DNA of 63,182 nucleotides, filler included, from Pirum gemmata (GCA_002812295.1; 23 parts of 23 records of this genome joined end to end with filler, not necessarily neighbours in it), one strand, 5' to 3'; positions 25,925 to 38,897 are shown, counted from the whole stretch's first letter. Notes: generated by a model from the sequence alone, not told the origin. Numbers and translations: made by a program.

Positions 25925-27937
25925 ATGAAAATTCAATCTATTGTATTGTTTTACGGTGGGGTGGCAACGGTTTTAGGAGCCCCGGCAGAAGTGACCACAC
26001 CGGAAAGTCCAACTTTAATAGACACTGCTACTGATATACCACCGACTGATCCACAAGAGAAAAAAAAATGGGCAATACTGCGAGTCTATGATTCTTTTCA
26101 AAATGGCATTACTCAAATTAGTGAATCTGTGGATGAAAAAATTGAGAATGGTTCTATGAGTTACGACGAGACTTTAATTTTAAATTTTTTCCCTGGGATG
26201 TATGGGTGTGAGAGAAAACAAACGGGAAACATAAAGAAAGAATCATGGGGTGAAGTCTCGGAGACTTCAGGTCAAATTTTAAAGTTGTATAGACCTATCG
26301 GTAAATATGTACAATTAACAGAGTATGATGGTAAAGGAGCTCTTGCATCTGCAGGTGAAAATTTCGCAAAAAACTTACAAGAAACTCTGAGTCATTGTGG
26401 AGGACTTGTACAACAAAGTGCACAGAGTGTTTCTGACTCTGATGAAGATAGAGTGTACCATGTATTTTCTACGGATAACAGTGAGTTAGATAGAAGGTTT
26501 CATGAACATATTAATACTTACATTTCGGATTCATATAGGGAAAAGGAAAATCAAATGCAGTACTTTGACCTAATCAGTACCTTAAAAGATAGTCAAAAGC
26601 AGGACCCCGAAACAAGAAAAAAAATAGAAGAGTACACAAAAAAAGAAAAGCAAGAAAAAGAATTGTTAAAGGCCGAGAAGGAACATACAGAAGAAGTGTG
26701 TGGTGAATTCGTGAAAAACATAAAACATAAATTTAGAAGTGAAAGTTGGTATGGCCAATATAATCATTATAGTAAATGGTTTGATTATGACGCGTATACT
26801 AAAAAGATACTCGATTCGGCATCAAAAGTTACTCAAGATCATTTTAATACTGAAAATCAACAAAGCGTTAAGGTCCTTAATAATTATGACGACAAGTACG
26901 TAAAAATTGAAAGAATAGGTGATTCCAACCAGTTTCATGAAACGTATTATCAAAAAGTAGACAACACATATGAAGTTGTATCACACGGTAGTCATTATAC
27001 TGCTAATGGTCCCAATAAGTGTCAAAAAATGGGACCATCTATGTATTATAAAGCACAAGTAGTACATAATGTTCCGGGACATATAGCAAAACACTTAGCC
27101 GAGTCGATTTTTAATTCAGTCGACTTTAAGAAAAAAGTATGTTATCTTTTTAATAACGGAGGAGAGGATTGGTTTATGAAATTACTTAAACACACTGTTG
27201 TGAATTTTATCACATCCGAAGCCTTTGGGGAGTTATTTAAAAATCAACATTATGAAAATGGTGTTCCGGCTGTAGTTCAGGAGTTGTTTAAAGAACTTAT
27301 TGCCGCTGTTAACAGAGGAGATACTAAATACAAAGCCTTGAGGCGGACGACTTTCTTAATTCTTTTCAAACACGGGAGAGAAAAGAGTGAATACACTAAA
27401 ACACACGAAGAGGAGAGTATCGGTGAGTCTTTAAATAATGTTCAAAAAGGTGGCGCGAAGACCCTTCTTCAATATATCATTTCACAATATTTAGATGATG
27501 AAGATATACAACACACTATTTTTGAAACTATTGACCATCATCTTGTGTGGGCAGGAAATAAAATTAAGGACGGAGCCTTGTGCTTGTGGGCTAAAATCCA
27601 GGGGGAAGAGTGTAAGTGGTCAGCACCGGCGCCATCCACTATAACTGTGGAGGATATTGATGAAACATTAGGACAACAAACACAACAACCACAACAACCA
27701 CAACAACCACAACAACCACAACAACCACAACAACCACAACAACCGCCACAACAACAACAGCAACAACTAGAACAACAACAAACCCTAGAACCTCCTCTTA
27801 TAGAAATGTATTGTAAAAAGGGTATCATTAAAAAACCTGATTGCTTGGATAAGCTACAAGCAGCTTATGCAGCCAAAAAACTTTCGTTAATAGAATTTGA
27901 GGCAATTATTGATCGTCTTGGATCTTTATTAACTTAA
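25925..27937 (+). CDS. Intronless 670-aa secreted orphan protein with a C-terminal (PQQ)n tract
   Basis: Long clean ORF, signal peptide MKIQSIVLFYGGVATVLG, TAA stop. No domain recognised. Confidence 0.88.
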   Translation: MKIQSIVLFYGGVATVLGAPAEVTTPESPTLIDTATDIPPTDPQEKKKWAILRVYDSFQNGITQISESVDEKIENGSMSYDETLILNFFPGMYGCERKQTGNIKKESWGEVSETSGQILKLYRPIGKYVQLTEYDGKGALASAGENFAKNLQETLSHCGGLVQQSAQSVSDSDEDRVYHVFSTDNSELDRRFHEHINTYISDSYREKENQMQYFDLISTLKDSQKQDPETRKKIEEYTKKEKQEKELLKAEKEHTEEVCGEFVKNIKHKFRSESWYGQYNHYSKWFDYDAYTKKILDSASKVTQDHFNTENQQSVKVLNNYDDKYVKIERIGDSNQFHETYYQKVDNTYEVVSHGSHYTANGPNKCQKMGPSMYYKAQVVHNVPGHIAKHLAESIFNSVDFKKKVCYLFNNGGEDWFMKLLKHTVVNFITSEAFGELFKNQHYENGVPAVVQELFKELIAAVNRGDTKYKALRRTTFLILFKHGREKSEYTKTHEEESIGESLNNVQKGGAKTLLQYIISQYLDDEDIQHTIFETIDHHLVWAGNKIKDGALCLWAKIQGEECKWSAPAPSTITVEDIDETLGQQTQQPQQPQQPQQPQQPQQPQQPPQQQQQQLEQQQTLEPPLIEMYCKKGIIKKPDCLDKLQAAYAAKKLSLIEFEAIIDRLGSLLT

Positions 27938-28588
27938 TAATCCTAATTAAAGTTAATTAAGTTAATAATAATAATAATAATAATCAATAATAATAATCAA
28001 TAATAATAATCAATAATAATAATAATCAATAATAATAAATAATCAATAATAATAATAAATAATAATAAATAATACATCATATTATTGTATAAATAGACTA
28101 ATGCATCAATGTTTTTTTAAAATTATNNNNNNNNNNNNNNNNNNNNNNNNNNNNNNNNNNNNNNNNNNNNTTAATTAATTAANNNNNNNNNNNNNNNNNN
28201 NNNNNNNNNNNNNNNNNNNNNNNNNNGGCTCGAACTCCTTGTAAAAACCAACCATATTATAGCACTTTTCATACATTTTGTCACTCCGAATATTTATTTG
28301 GTTGATTATAATATTTAAAAGTTGACATTTTTAAATGTATATCAAATGAAAATTTTAACCTTTCAGATTGCCATATAAGCCGTTAAAATGGAAATCTAGG
28401 AAAAGGTATATTTTAAAAAATATTGACTACATTCAGTGTCAATGTGTGTGTGTGGTAGACTATGTTGCAAACAGGTTACAGTCAAGCTTGAACATTTTCT
28501 TTAGTTCGAGCCTATGTAAATTTGCCTTTACTTTTTTGTAATGAATGCATTCCAAAAATTCGATCACATGTAATGCATTCTCTAGGTA

Positions 28589-28785
28589 TCGTGCTTTTCA
28601 GTTGTTTTGTCATTATAAAATATGTAATAAAGAATACCAAATTAGTGCAACATAAATCCATTTCATTTTATTTGGTATATTTTATTATCTATTTATTCAT
28701 TTAAATATGTCAATTTAAATACTATAACCAACCAAATAAAAGTTCAAATAAATATTCAGAGTGACAAAATAAACGAAAAGCACAA
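28589..28785. mobile_element. MITE family A copy
   Basis: TA|TCGTGCTTTTCAGTTGTTTTGTCA...TGACAAAATAAACGAAAAGCACAA|TA. Confidence 0.85.
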
Positions 28786-28789
28786 TAAT

Positions 28790-29150
28790 GTATTTCAAAA
28801 ATATTAACTCGAGCATTCGATCACATGTAATGCATTTCAAAAATATTATTAACGTGAACATTCGATCACATGTTCGAACATTCCATATGTTTGAAAATTC
28901 GATATCTAATTTCGACCATTTTCAAAAATATTATTAACTCGAGCATTCGATCATATGTAATGCATTTCAAAATTATTATTAACTTGAACATTCGATCACA
29001 TGTTCGAACATTCCAATATCTAATTTCGACCATTTCAAAAATATTATTAACTCGAGCATTCGATCACATGTAATGCATTAACTTGAACATTCGATCACAT
29101 GTTCGAACATTCCATATGTTTGAAAATTCGATATCTAATTTCAACCAGTA
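28790..29150. repeat. Compound TCGA-rich tandem repeat (similar motifs at about 50280-50600)
   Basis: Recurring CATTCGATCACATG, TTCGAACAT and TTTGAAAATTCGAT blocks. Confidence 0.8.
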
Positions 29151-30527
29151 ATAATTTGATAGGTTTGAAAATTTTTATAGCATCGAAAAAAAAGCTAAAA
29201 TAAAGGAGGATAGACACTGGATAGACTCTCAGATTTTTAATTAAAAAATAATTAAAAAAAGTTTTATAGTAGACTAGCTAGTCTAGTCTATGCACTAAAA
29301 AAAAGAGTTACTACTAAAAAAAGGCAGCTTGTATGATTGGCTAAAAGAGAAATAAAATTCAGAATTTAAAATAATATGTTCAGAATTTTTAATATATATT
29401 TTTTAAATATCCAGTTAAATTCTCAGTTTAAATGCTGTTAAATGAGTATTAAACGAGTATTAAATGACAACAAAATGAGTTGCAAAAGTCACGTCAAATA
29501 CTCATCAAAATAAAAAAAAACTACATGCTAACCCTAACCCTTCTCTATTTTTCACTTTTATCCGAATATCTGAATACTTCAGTCCTTAGTTTATTTTTTA
29601 TTTTTCATTTTTTTACGATATTTATAACCATTTTATCATCTATTATAACATGGGTTATTTATTATTATTATTATCTGTTATTATTTTTTAAAAAATATTG
29701 TTATTCAGTATTGTTATTATATTATTATCTATTATTATTATCATCTACTATTATTATCATCTATTATTATTATCATCTATTATTATTATCCATTATACTA
29801 TTATTATTACCCGGTATCTATTATTATCAAAAAATATCCATTATTATTATATCATTGATCATTATTACTATCTATTCTTTCAACTCTTATCTATATACTT
29901 TGCCACCCATTTTCAAAGTGGCACTATCATCATGCCACTATGGTGTTATATCTAAATAAAATGGCAAAAGCTCGAAAATTTGTAGAAATTAGAGAAATTA
30001 GGTGTCCCAGAGTCCAGACCCCAGTATTATTTTAAAATTTTCGTTGGTCAAATCATCCACATTGTATCATTTGTATGAGTATTGTTATCATTGTATATTA
30101 TGTAGAGTTGTCTAGGTAGAGTTGTAGACTGACAGATGGGCTACTAGCCAGCTAGCTAGAATATGAAAATGAAAAAAAAACTGCATCGAAGTTGATCGAA
30201 CATCGAACTACTATTGGACTACTAAAAAAATTCCCAATTTGGAAAAAAAGATGCCATAATTAGAAATCCTAGCTAGTTTTAGAAAGCAAGAATATTTTTT
30301 TTCAGTGAATAGACTAAGCGGCATTCACAGTCTTCTAGCTAGCTAGCTAGTTAGAGGGGGGATAACTCTCTGGGATAAATCCTGTCAAATACAGCTTCAA
30401 ATACCCCTACCCACCTACCCTTCGACGTTAATTTCTGGTCAAATACCACCTACCTACCTACCCCTTGACGTGACGTATTATTTGAACGCTCCCTAATATA
30501 AAAAAATCGTATCATATGTATGATATA

Positions 30528-30720
30528 TCGTGCTTTTCATTTATTTTGTCACTCTGAATANACTCTGAATATTTATTTGGAGGGTTATAATCTTTAAATT
30601 GATATTTTTAAATCAATACATAGATAATGAAATATACCAAATTAGATTAAATGGATTTATATTATTTTAATTTGGTACTATTTATTGTATATTTTATGAC
30701 GACAAAATAATGAAGCACGA
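30528..30720. mobile_element. MITE family A copy (further full or partial copies at about 28257-28345, 34251-34505, 52058-52200, 56415-56910, 57303-57440, 60355-60474)
   Basis: TA|TCGTGCTTTTCATTTATTTTGTC...GACAAAATAATGAAGCACGA|TA. The shared core ATAAATCCATTT...TTTGGTATATTTT occurs on many contigs. Confidence 0.85.
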
Positions 30721-30940
30721 TAATCTATAATATTATACTCACCACCTTCAACTTTCCTTTAATAACAACATCCTGAGCGGCAAATACTGTACCACTATGT
30801 AAGACATGACTTATAGAACTTATAGACGATATAGGACTNNNNNNNNNNNNNNNNNNNNNNNNNNNNNNNNNNNNNNNNNNNNTTAATTAATTAANNNNNN
30901 NNNNNNNNNNNNNNNNNNNNNNNNNNNNNNNNNNNNNNAT

Positions 30941-32528
30941 TTCAAGAGTATCAATGGTTATGTAGAACAACAGGATATTGTCAGTGAAACTTTGACGGTT
31001 TACGAAAACTTGTACTATATATCAGAGCTAAAATTACCCCAAGGCAAATATACTCGAGCTGAAAAAGATCAAAGAATTGAACAAATCATCAGTGACATGG
31101 GTATTACTCGTTGTCAAGACACCGTCGTTGGTAATTGTATGAAGCGAGGTATATCTGGTGGTGAATTGAAACGTTTGAGTATAGGACTGGAGGTCGTAAC
31201 CTTACCTCCAATATTGTTTCTAGATGAGCCAACTAGCGGGTTAGATAGTGCAACCACTATGGACGTTGTTAATGTTCTGCAAAAGTTGGCAACGAATGGG
31301 CACACAATCATTTGTACTATACATCAACCTAGTGCAGAAGCATTCAGTATGTTTGATCGATTAGTTTTATTAAGTAAAGGGCAAGTGGCTTTTAGCGGAT
31401 TAGCACATGAAGGAGCTCCTTACTTGAAAAGTCTTGGCTTTGCCCCTATCGGTGCAGAAAAATTTGGTTTCAACCCAGCGGAATTTTTGTTGTCCGTTAC
31501 GGGCGGTGGTACAGGCAAGGGTATCAAAACGATAACCGGGCCAACTATTGAAAGTTTTGGGAAAGCATGGGAGCAAAGTCATGCATATAGAGATAGGAAA
31601 GAATCCATTATGAAAAGCTTAGTGATTAAAGACTCTTCAGGTTCAAAAATTATTTTTTTGTTTTATTTAGTTTTTATTTCTTGATTTTTTTTTACCATAG
31701 AATTTTTCAATATTTTTTATTTTATTTTCCAATAGCATAATTTTTTTTAGTATTAATTATTAATATATATAAAGTACAATTATGATATGTATTAATATCA
31801 ATTAAAATCTCCAAATTCAGGATCTGAAGGTTTAACTATGAATAGCTTTTGGCATCAACTTAAAATTTTGACGCAAAGAGATTTCCGTTCGGTTACACGT
31901 GATGCTGAGTATTTTTCCATGCGCGTATTGAAAAATGTTTCCGTAGGGGTGGTGTTTTTAACCATTTATCATCATGTTTATGAAAATAATTTTCCGAACG
32001 TAGATATGCTAGGTCTTGTATTTATGGTAATAAGTATGTGGGGGTTCAATGGAGTTGATTACGTCACTACTATGCTTAACGATCGGGAATTATTTTATCG
32101 CGAAAGAAACGGAGGTGCATGTACTGTTTTACCGCATTACCTTTCAAAAATTTTGTTGGGTCTCCCATATAGTTTAACTGCAACTCTCTGTTTTTCAGTT
32201 CCTATATATTTCGGTTGTGGGTTTTATAAGATTTTGCCACCAGATTATAATTATGCAGGTGATTTTTTTATATTTTGGTTGGTGGTGTTCTTACTTGATC
32301 AAGTTGCAGGAGCCTTTGCAGCCTGTGTTTCCGCCAGTTCCCCTAATGTAATTATTTTTAATTATTTATTTTTTAAATATTATTGTTTTAATATTATTAT
32401 TATTGTTTATTATATTATTATTATATTATTATGTTATTGTTATTGTTATAGGAAATGTTTATATTAATTCATACCATTGTCATGTTACCTCTTCCTGTTA
32501 ATATTATTTTTAATTATCATATTCGTAT

Positions 32529-32598
<70 letters not shown>

Positions 32599-33033
32599 AA
32601 AATTGTTTTATTAATTAATAATTCTTTTTTCCCTTCAAATTCCATTTCTGTTTTTGATATTTGAAACACTTATACTTATATTATATACACAACATGTACA
32701 ATATATATTTAACTTATATAGATCAATGTTGCAGTCGGGATTGCACCAGCATTATTAGTACTCCAAATGTTGTTCTCAGGATTTTTGATTACTACCAGTA
32801 ACATCCCCCCTTACTGGCGCTATACCTTTCGTTATTTTAACTTTTTTACATTCAGTTTTACCTCTTTAGCAATAAATTCCTTTCAGGGCACCGATCAAGA
32901 CCAACTGTTAGATAGGTATGAGTTAAGGGAGATGGGCTTGTGGGGTAATATTGGTGTATTAGCGGGGCTTTTGTTAGTATGGCATATATTGGGCTATTTA
33001 GCTTTAAGATTTATCAAACATCAAACTCGTTAA
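30941..33033 (+). CDS. ABCG/White-family ABC transporter, 3' part (exons <30941-31640, 31821-32347, 32722-33033)
   Basis: GYVEQQD (Q-loop), RGISGGELKRLSIG (signature), LFLDEPTSGLDS (Walker B) and CTIHQPS (H-loop), then an ABC2 membrane domain with FYRER and FSGFL...IPPYW. Intron phases agree. Confidence 0.95.
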
Positions 33034-33744
33034 TGTATATAGACACTTTATACGGCTTATCCCGCATAAAGTGTATAAGCCGTATAATATTATATTAGAT
33101 ATGTACGTGTGTGTGTGTACATATAATAATATACTATTATTTATTCGCAAGTGACCATTTGATATAATATTATAATTAATATTATAATATATTCGTGCAC
33201 ATCGTTTATCAGAACTTGAAATTATTAATTGCATTAATTATAATTTATTATTGATAATATCATGAATATTATGATAATAATTTTGTGTATCAATAATAAT
33301 ATTGTACTATAGCTGTAACTAGAAATTTATACCTTACGAACTCTGTTTGCAAAAAACGAAAAATCGTTCAGTTTAGAATTTGACAATAAAAGTGATCGGA
33401 ATCAATAAATTAAATGTGAACCAAAGTAAATATATATTAACAAAATAAGATCGGAACCAAAATAAAAAAACATAAATATATGTTATCAGAACCAAAATAA
33501 ATATGTATTAGACTTCGATATTATTAGTTATTATTATTATTATTATTANNNNNNNNNNNNNNNNNNNNNNNNNNNNNNNNNNNNNNNNNNNNTTAATTAA
33601 TTAANNNNNNNNNNNNNNNNNNNNNNNNNNNNNNNNNNNNNNNNNNNNATCTCATTAATGGTCAATTAATATTCGAAGTCTGAGCGAAAAACTTTTTTCT
33701 TTGTTCGGCGCTAAAATGTGACATGCATATTTGACTGCAAAGTT

Positions 33745-33777
<33 letters not shown>

Positions 33778-35898
33778 GACTGATTTTTGGCAGGCTTTTT
33801 TGACTGTGACTTTTAGTTCAGACTTTTAGTTGGGTATTTTCAAGGAGCACTCAAGGAGCCCAAAAAAACTCCTTGACATTTTACCTGGTATTTTTTACCT
33901 ATTAGTACTTGGGTAAATATTAGTGGGGCTACAGCTGGGGCTACTTGGGTAGATAGACTGGGTAGATAGAGTAGACACAGTGACGTCGGTGTCACCTGGC
34001 TGTAGGCAAGTATATAAACATAGGTATCAGATATCATACTATCTGATAGCTAGCTAGCTAGTACCGTACTACTACTAGCTACTACTAGCTAGCTGAGACA
34101 AGACACCAAAACAACCAATCCCATGGCTCTCACAATATCATCCAAGTTAGTTGATCCAACTAGTGATCCAACTTGATCAAAAACCCTCAAAACCCCAAGA
34201 ATAGACAACATCGGAAAAACTTTTTAAAAAACTGAAAATCACCCAACCGGTAGTGCTTTTCAGTTATCATAGTTGTTTTGTCCAAATTGTCCTAGGTCTA
34301 TTGTTTTGTCATCATAAAAATTGCTACAATAAATAGACTATCATAGACTGGTCTAGTGTCATACTAAATAAATACAAATTAAATCCATTTGATATATTTT
34401 GGTATATTTTATTGTCTATGTATTGATTTAAAAGTGTCAACTTAAAGATTATAACCCTCCGAATAAATATTTAGTGACAAAATAATATAAATGAAAAAAG
34501 CTAATAGTCAATAAAAGTTATAGCTTAGCCAGCTACTAAGGCTTAGCCAGCTAGCTGGACTAAATAATTATTTAATTAAAGTTACCATCGATATATAGTC
34601 TATTATTTTTTTTGAAAAATCATTATTATATAATATTTAATCTTGCTACACAAAGACGAGTGGGTAGAAGATTGTGTGGGTTTGTGGAATGTGGATGCCC
34701 TTCGAACCTCGAACAAGGTGGTTTACTCAAACTTTACTGCTACATCAAGAAACTAGTAGACCTAGCTATCTAGTAGGGTCCGTCTACTAGCTAGCTAGCT
34801 AGCTACTAGTCTAAAAATGTATCAGGGAGAAATCAGATTCAGTACTACCTGAGTTACTAGCTAGAGCCGGGAGTATAGACAGTGTTACTACTATACTACT
34901 AGCTAGACTAGTAACTTACTAGACTACTACCTGATAGTTCACTGATTGTACAATAGAATCATAGGCTCATAGCTGAGTATTAATATTGTAAAAAAGTTAA
35001 TTATAAAAATAGTATTGCTGAGTATTGTAAATTATAAAAATAGTATTATCAATTAAAATACAAATTATAAATATATTGTATCGATATCATCTCTAGCTAC
35101 TAGTTTATCACTTGATATATCATAATTAGTCGCAGAAGAAGGTATATTTTATACATCATAATGATGTATAATTGAAATGATCATTATGAAATTCAAAACT
35201 TACTGTCTATTTTTTTTTTTTTATATAAATCATATGATAGACTTTATGAAAAAATGGTAGTCTATCATACTTCTATCATACTATAGGCATGATACTATGA
35301 TGATAGACTACAGTTTAATTTAATAGACAAAAAATCTCAAAATGCTCCAATGTTAATGAAAGTACTACCAAAGTTTGAGAAATCATATAACTAAGAAATT
35401 TTTATTATAAACCAATGGCCAGTTTTGAAAATTAATTTGGCTAGTTAGCATTATAAAGATTGAAGTCTGACAACAACGACTTTTGAAGTTTTGAAGCCTG
35501 AAAAAAAATACCAGGCCTGCATTGCATGACTACTATTGCATGTAAACAAGCTCGACAATATTTCGACAATAAAATGGATGACATTGTAGGCTTTAATTTG
35601 TAGCACTGCATGTACAGCATTGTATGATAGTCTATGATAATATCATAATTATCGTAGACTACTTACTCTCTCTCGTACTCTCTCGTACTCTCTAGCTACT
35701 AGCTAGCTAGACTAGCTAGACTCTAGTTATAGGCCCTCTAGATCTCTATCTGGAGCCTCCAAATTTGATTACTATATGTATATATACACCTGGATTTCTT
35801 AATTACGTAGATATATATCATACTGTGTGTGTGTGACACTGTGTGTGGTGTGTATGTGTGTGTATGGTGTGCGGTGTGTGTGTGTGTGTATGGTGTGC

Positions 35899-35937
<39 letters not shown>

Positions 35938-36360
35938 TGTAATGAACTGTGTAATGTATATGATATAAATAGGGCCATATTCAGTCTGGACTGAAAAGGT
36001 GTCTATATATATTATTGTGTGTAGATGTGTGTGTGTGGCGTGTGTGTGTGTGTGTGTGTGGTGTAATGTATAATATTGTTATTGTTATTATTATTGTTAT
36101 TATTATTATTATTAATGTTATTGTATTGTTATTGTTAATATATTATCCCCGTGAACATTGTATTAATATACATTTATCAGTCCTACTCAACTCTTTAAGT
36201 TTCTCTATATTTTTTGTATTATCAGGCGAAAATAACCACTTTTTTGCTATATATATATNNNNNNNNNNNNNNNNNNNNNNNNNNNNNNNNNNNNNNNNNN
36301 NNTTAATTAATTAANNNNNNNNNNNNNNNNNNNNNNNNNNNNNNNNNNNNNNNNNNNNGA

Positions 36361-36732
36361 GACCTAATAAAACACATGGGTGTAACTATTGATGCCTACT
36401 GCGAAAAACTAAACTCACTTCCGGAAAACATGATTCATTTATGGCACGCCCCTTTCGCATATTTACTACAATTACTGTACTCTATCCATAACAATATTCA
36501 AAAACAAAGAAAGGGGCAAATTTCGGATGAACATTTCTCTTACGAATTTGTGAATATACTAACCGATTTAATGAATACTTTTGCCACAGTAGAGACTGCT
36601 GTAGACATTTCTATGGATAATATTGTTCGCAATGTTTACCAATGGTTGTGCAATAATTCCGGTGTGATTTCTGAAATATTTGATTACTGTGAACGGATTG
36701 GACAAGCTATTGACAAGAAAATCAATAATTAA
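36361..36732 (+). CDS. 3' fragment of an unidentified helical protein; its 3' end is tandemly re-duplicated to about 37010
   Basis: Frame is open from the contig edge with complex sequence. About 36592-36762 recurs at about 36763-36935, and a shorter piece recurs at about 36950-37010. Confidence 0.55.
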   Translation, partial: DLIKHMGVTIDAYCEKLNSLPENMIHLWHAPFAYLLQLLYSIHNNIQKQRKGQISDEHFSYEFVNILTDLMNTFATVETAVDISMDNIVRNVYQWLCNNSGVISEIFDYCERIGQAIDKKINN

Positions 36733-37093
36733 ACGTGGGGTTTTGTTGGGGTAGCCTTGAAAAAGACTGCTTTAGACATTGCGATGGATAATATTATTTG
36801 CAATGTTTACCAATGGTTGTGCAATAATTCTGGTGTGATTTCTGAAACATTTGATCACTCTGAACGGATTGGCCAAGCTGTTGACAAGAAAATCAATAAT
36901 TAAACGTGAGGTTTTTGTTTGGTTGGCCTTGAAGACTTCATTCAAACCAACTGATTGGGCAAGCTATTGACAAGAAAATTATTAATTAAAGTGAGGTTTT
37001 TGGGTTAGCTTTGGAAAAAATATCAACAAGATCGAACAAAAACTTTTCTGAAGCTCGGTTGAAAACTATTGAATGCTATCTATGTTTTTGGGT

Positions 37094-37495
37094 TTTAAGT
37101 CCACGTCCTAGTCAGTGGACTTAAATTTTTCTTTTCTTTTTTTTTTTATTTATTTATTTATTTATTTATTTAAAAAAAAAAAAAAAAAAAAAATCAAAAT
37201 CGAATATACAAGAAAATAATAACTTTTCAGACTTATTTATAATCAGGATATTAAGTAATAATCACTAACTTCGCTTCTCTAATCAAAAAATTCGAACGGA
37301 GTGAAATTACATACTCAGTAATAAACACTTAGCTCACTTGTTTGGTCAAAAAATTCGAACAGGATGACCGACCGCCTTTTAAATTTAAGTCCACCTTTTA
37401 GTCACTGGACTTAAATGTTTCAGTTATTTTAATAATAACTTTTTATTATGTTTTCGAGTTTTAAGTCCACGTCCTAGTCAGTGGACTTAAATTTT

Positions 37496-37547
<52 letters not shown>

Positions 37548-37805
37548 NAAACAAAAAAAAAGAAAACAAAACAAAAAAAAAAATCGAATGTACAAGAAAA
37601 TAATAACTTAGATTTATTTGTAATCAGGATATTCAGTAATAATAAGCTCGCTTGTCTGGTCAAAAAAATTGAACGGGATGACTAACCACCTTTTAAATTC
37701 AAGTCCACCTCTTAGTCACTGGACTTAAATGTTTCAGTTCTTTTAATAATAACTTTTCATTATGTTTCCGGGTTTTAAGTCCACGTCCTTGTCAGTGGAC
37801 TTAAA
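37094..37805. repeat. Five 32-bp palindromes TTTAAGTCCAC-N10-STGGACTTAAA within a compound tandem repeat
   Basis: Copies at 37094-37125, 37384-37415, 37460-37491, 37698-37729 and 37774-37805. Confidence 0.9.
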
Positions 37806-38010
37806 TTTTTCATTTTTTTATTATTATTATTTATAATCAGGATATTCAGTTATAATCACTAAGTTCGCTTCTCTAATCAAAAAATTCGAACCGGGTGAAA
37901 TTTGTTAAGTCTTTTAAAAAATACGAAAAATCGAAAAAAATAATTGCAACAAATAGTACATAGACTATAGCGTAACGCAAAACTAACTGGGTAATAATGT
38001 ACTATTATTG

Positions 38011-38047
<37 letters not shown>

Positions 38048-38491
38048 AATCTCTTTTGAAGGAAAACTACCAGCATCATAACCATAATAAGGACTATAAG
38101 TGTAGTTTTCTGGTCCAAAACAATAAACATAAATATTTATTCATAAAATTCAATTAATTCAAATTTTATTTATTTTACTTTATTATACGTATGTAGTTAC
38201 ATTAATCTATAACAATGTTATAAAAAACAAATTACATAACAATCTCTTTTGAAGGAGAACAATATCAGCATCATAACCATAATAAGGACTATAAGTGAGG
38301 TTTTCTGGTCCAAAACAATAATCTTGACCACCTGCTTCCCCGGCCAATATATCTAGATGCAGCTGGAGCAATAAACATAAATATTTATTCATAAAATTAA
38401 ATTAATTAAAATTTTATTTATTAAATTTTACTTTATTATAAGTATGCAGTTTGCGTTAATCTATAACAATGTTACTATTTTAAAAAACAAA

Positions 38492-38897
38492 TTACATAAC
38501 AATCTCTTTTGAAGGAGAACAATCAGCATCATAACCATAATAAGGACTATAAGTGTAGTTTTCTGGTCCAAAACAATAATCTTGGCCACCTGCTTCCCCG
38601 GCCAATATGTCTGCAGCTGGAACTAAACGATTTGCAGCCCACACTTTTCGTAACCACAGCATTGAGTTTTTAGGGTGTCGGGTTTGGTTAGCTGATACAT
38701 CTGGGCTAGGAATAGGAGTTAATAAACCATTGCATGGGTTGCCACAAGTGGTGTCCATTGTCCCTGTAGAATAATCGTAGACTGGTGAATCCGGGGTTGG
38801 AGCGTTTGGGTCACAGTTAGGATTACTAACATCTACATCCTTGCAAAATTGATATTCATTGAAATTCAAACCGAAGCGGGTGTCATAGCCAAAAGTC
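38492..38897 (-). CDS. Glycoside hydrolase family 1 (beta-glucosidase-like), last exon
   Basis: TAG acceptor then (W)TFGYDTRFGL...TRHPKNSMLWLRKV, matching the GH1 C-terminal WxxGYxxRFGL...RxPKxSxxW. Truncated duplicates of the 3' end lie at about 38231-38370 and 38043-38125. Confidence 0.8.

Noticed and set aside
34640..34756. GC-richer island with two short open frames (LWNVD resembles a pogo DDE motif)
   Set aside because: Too short, and the expected DET residues are missing.
37094..37805. CRISPR-like 32-bp palindromic repeats
   Set aside because: Intervening sequences are about 45 or 200-260 bp and repeat each other rather than being unique spacers. There are no cas genes and the context is eukaryotic.
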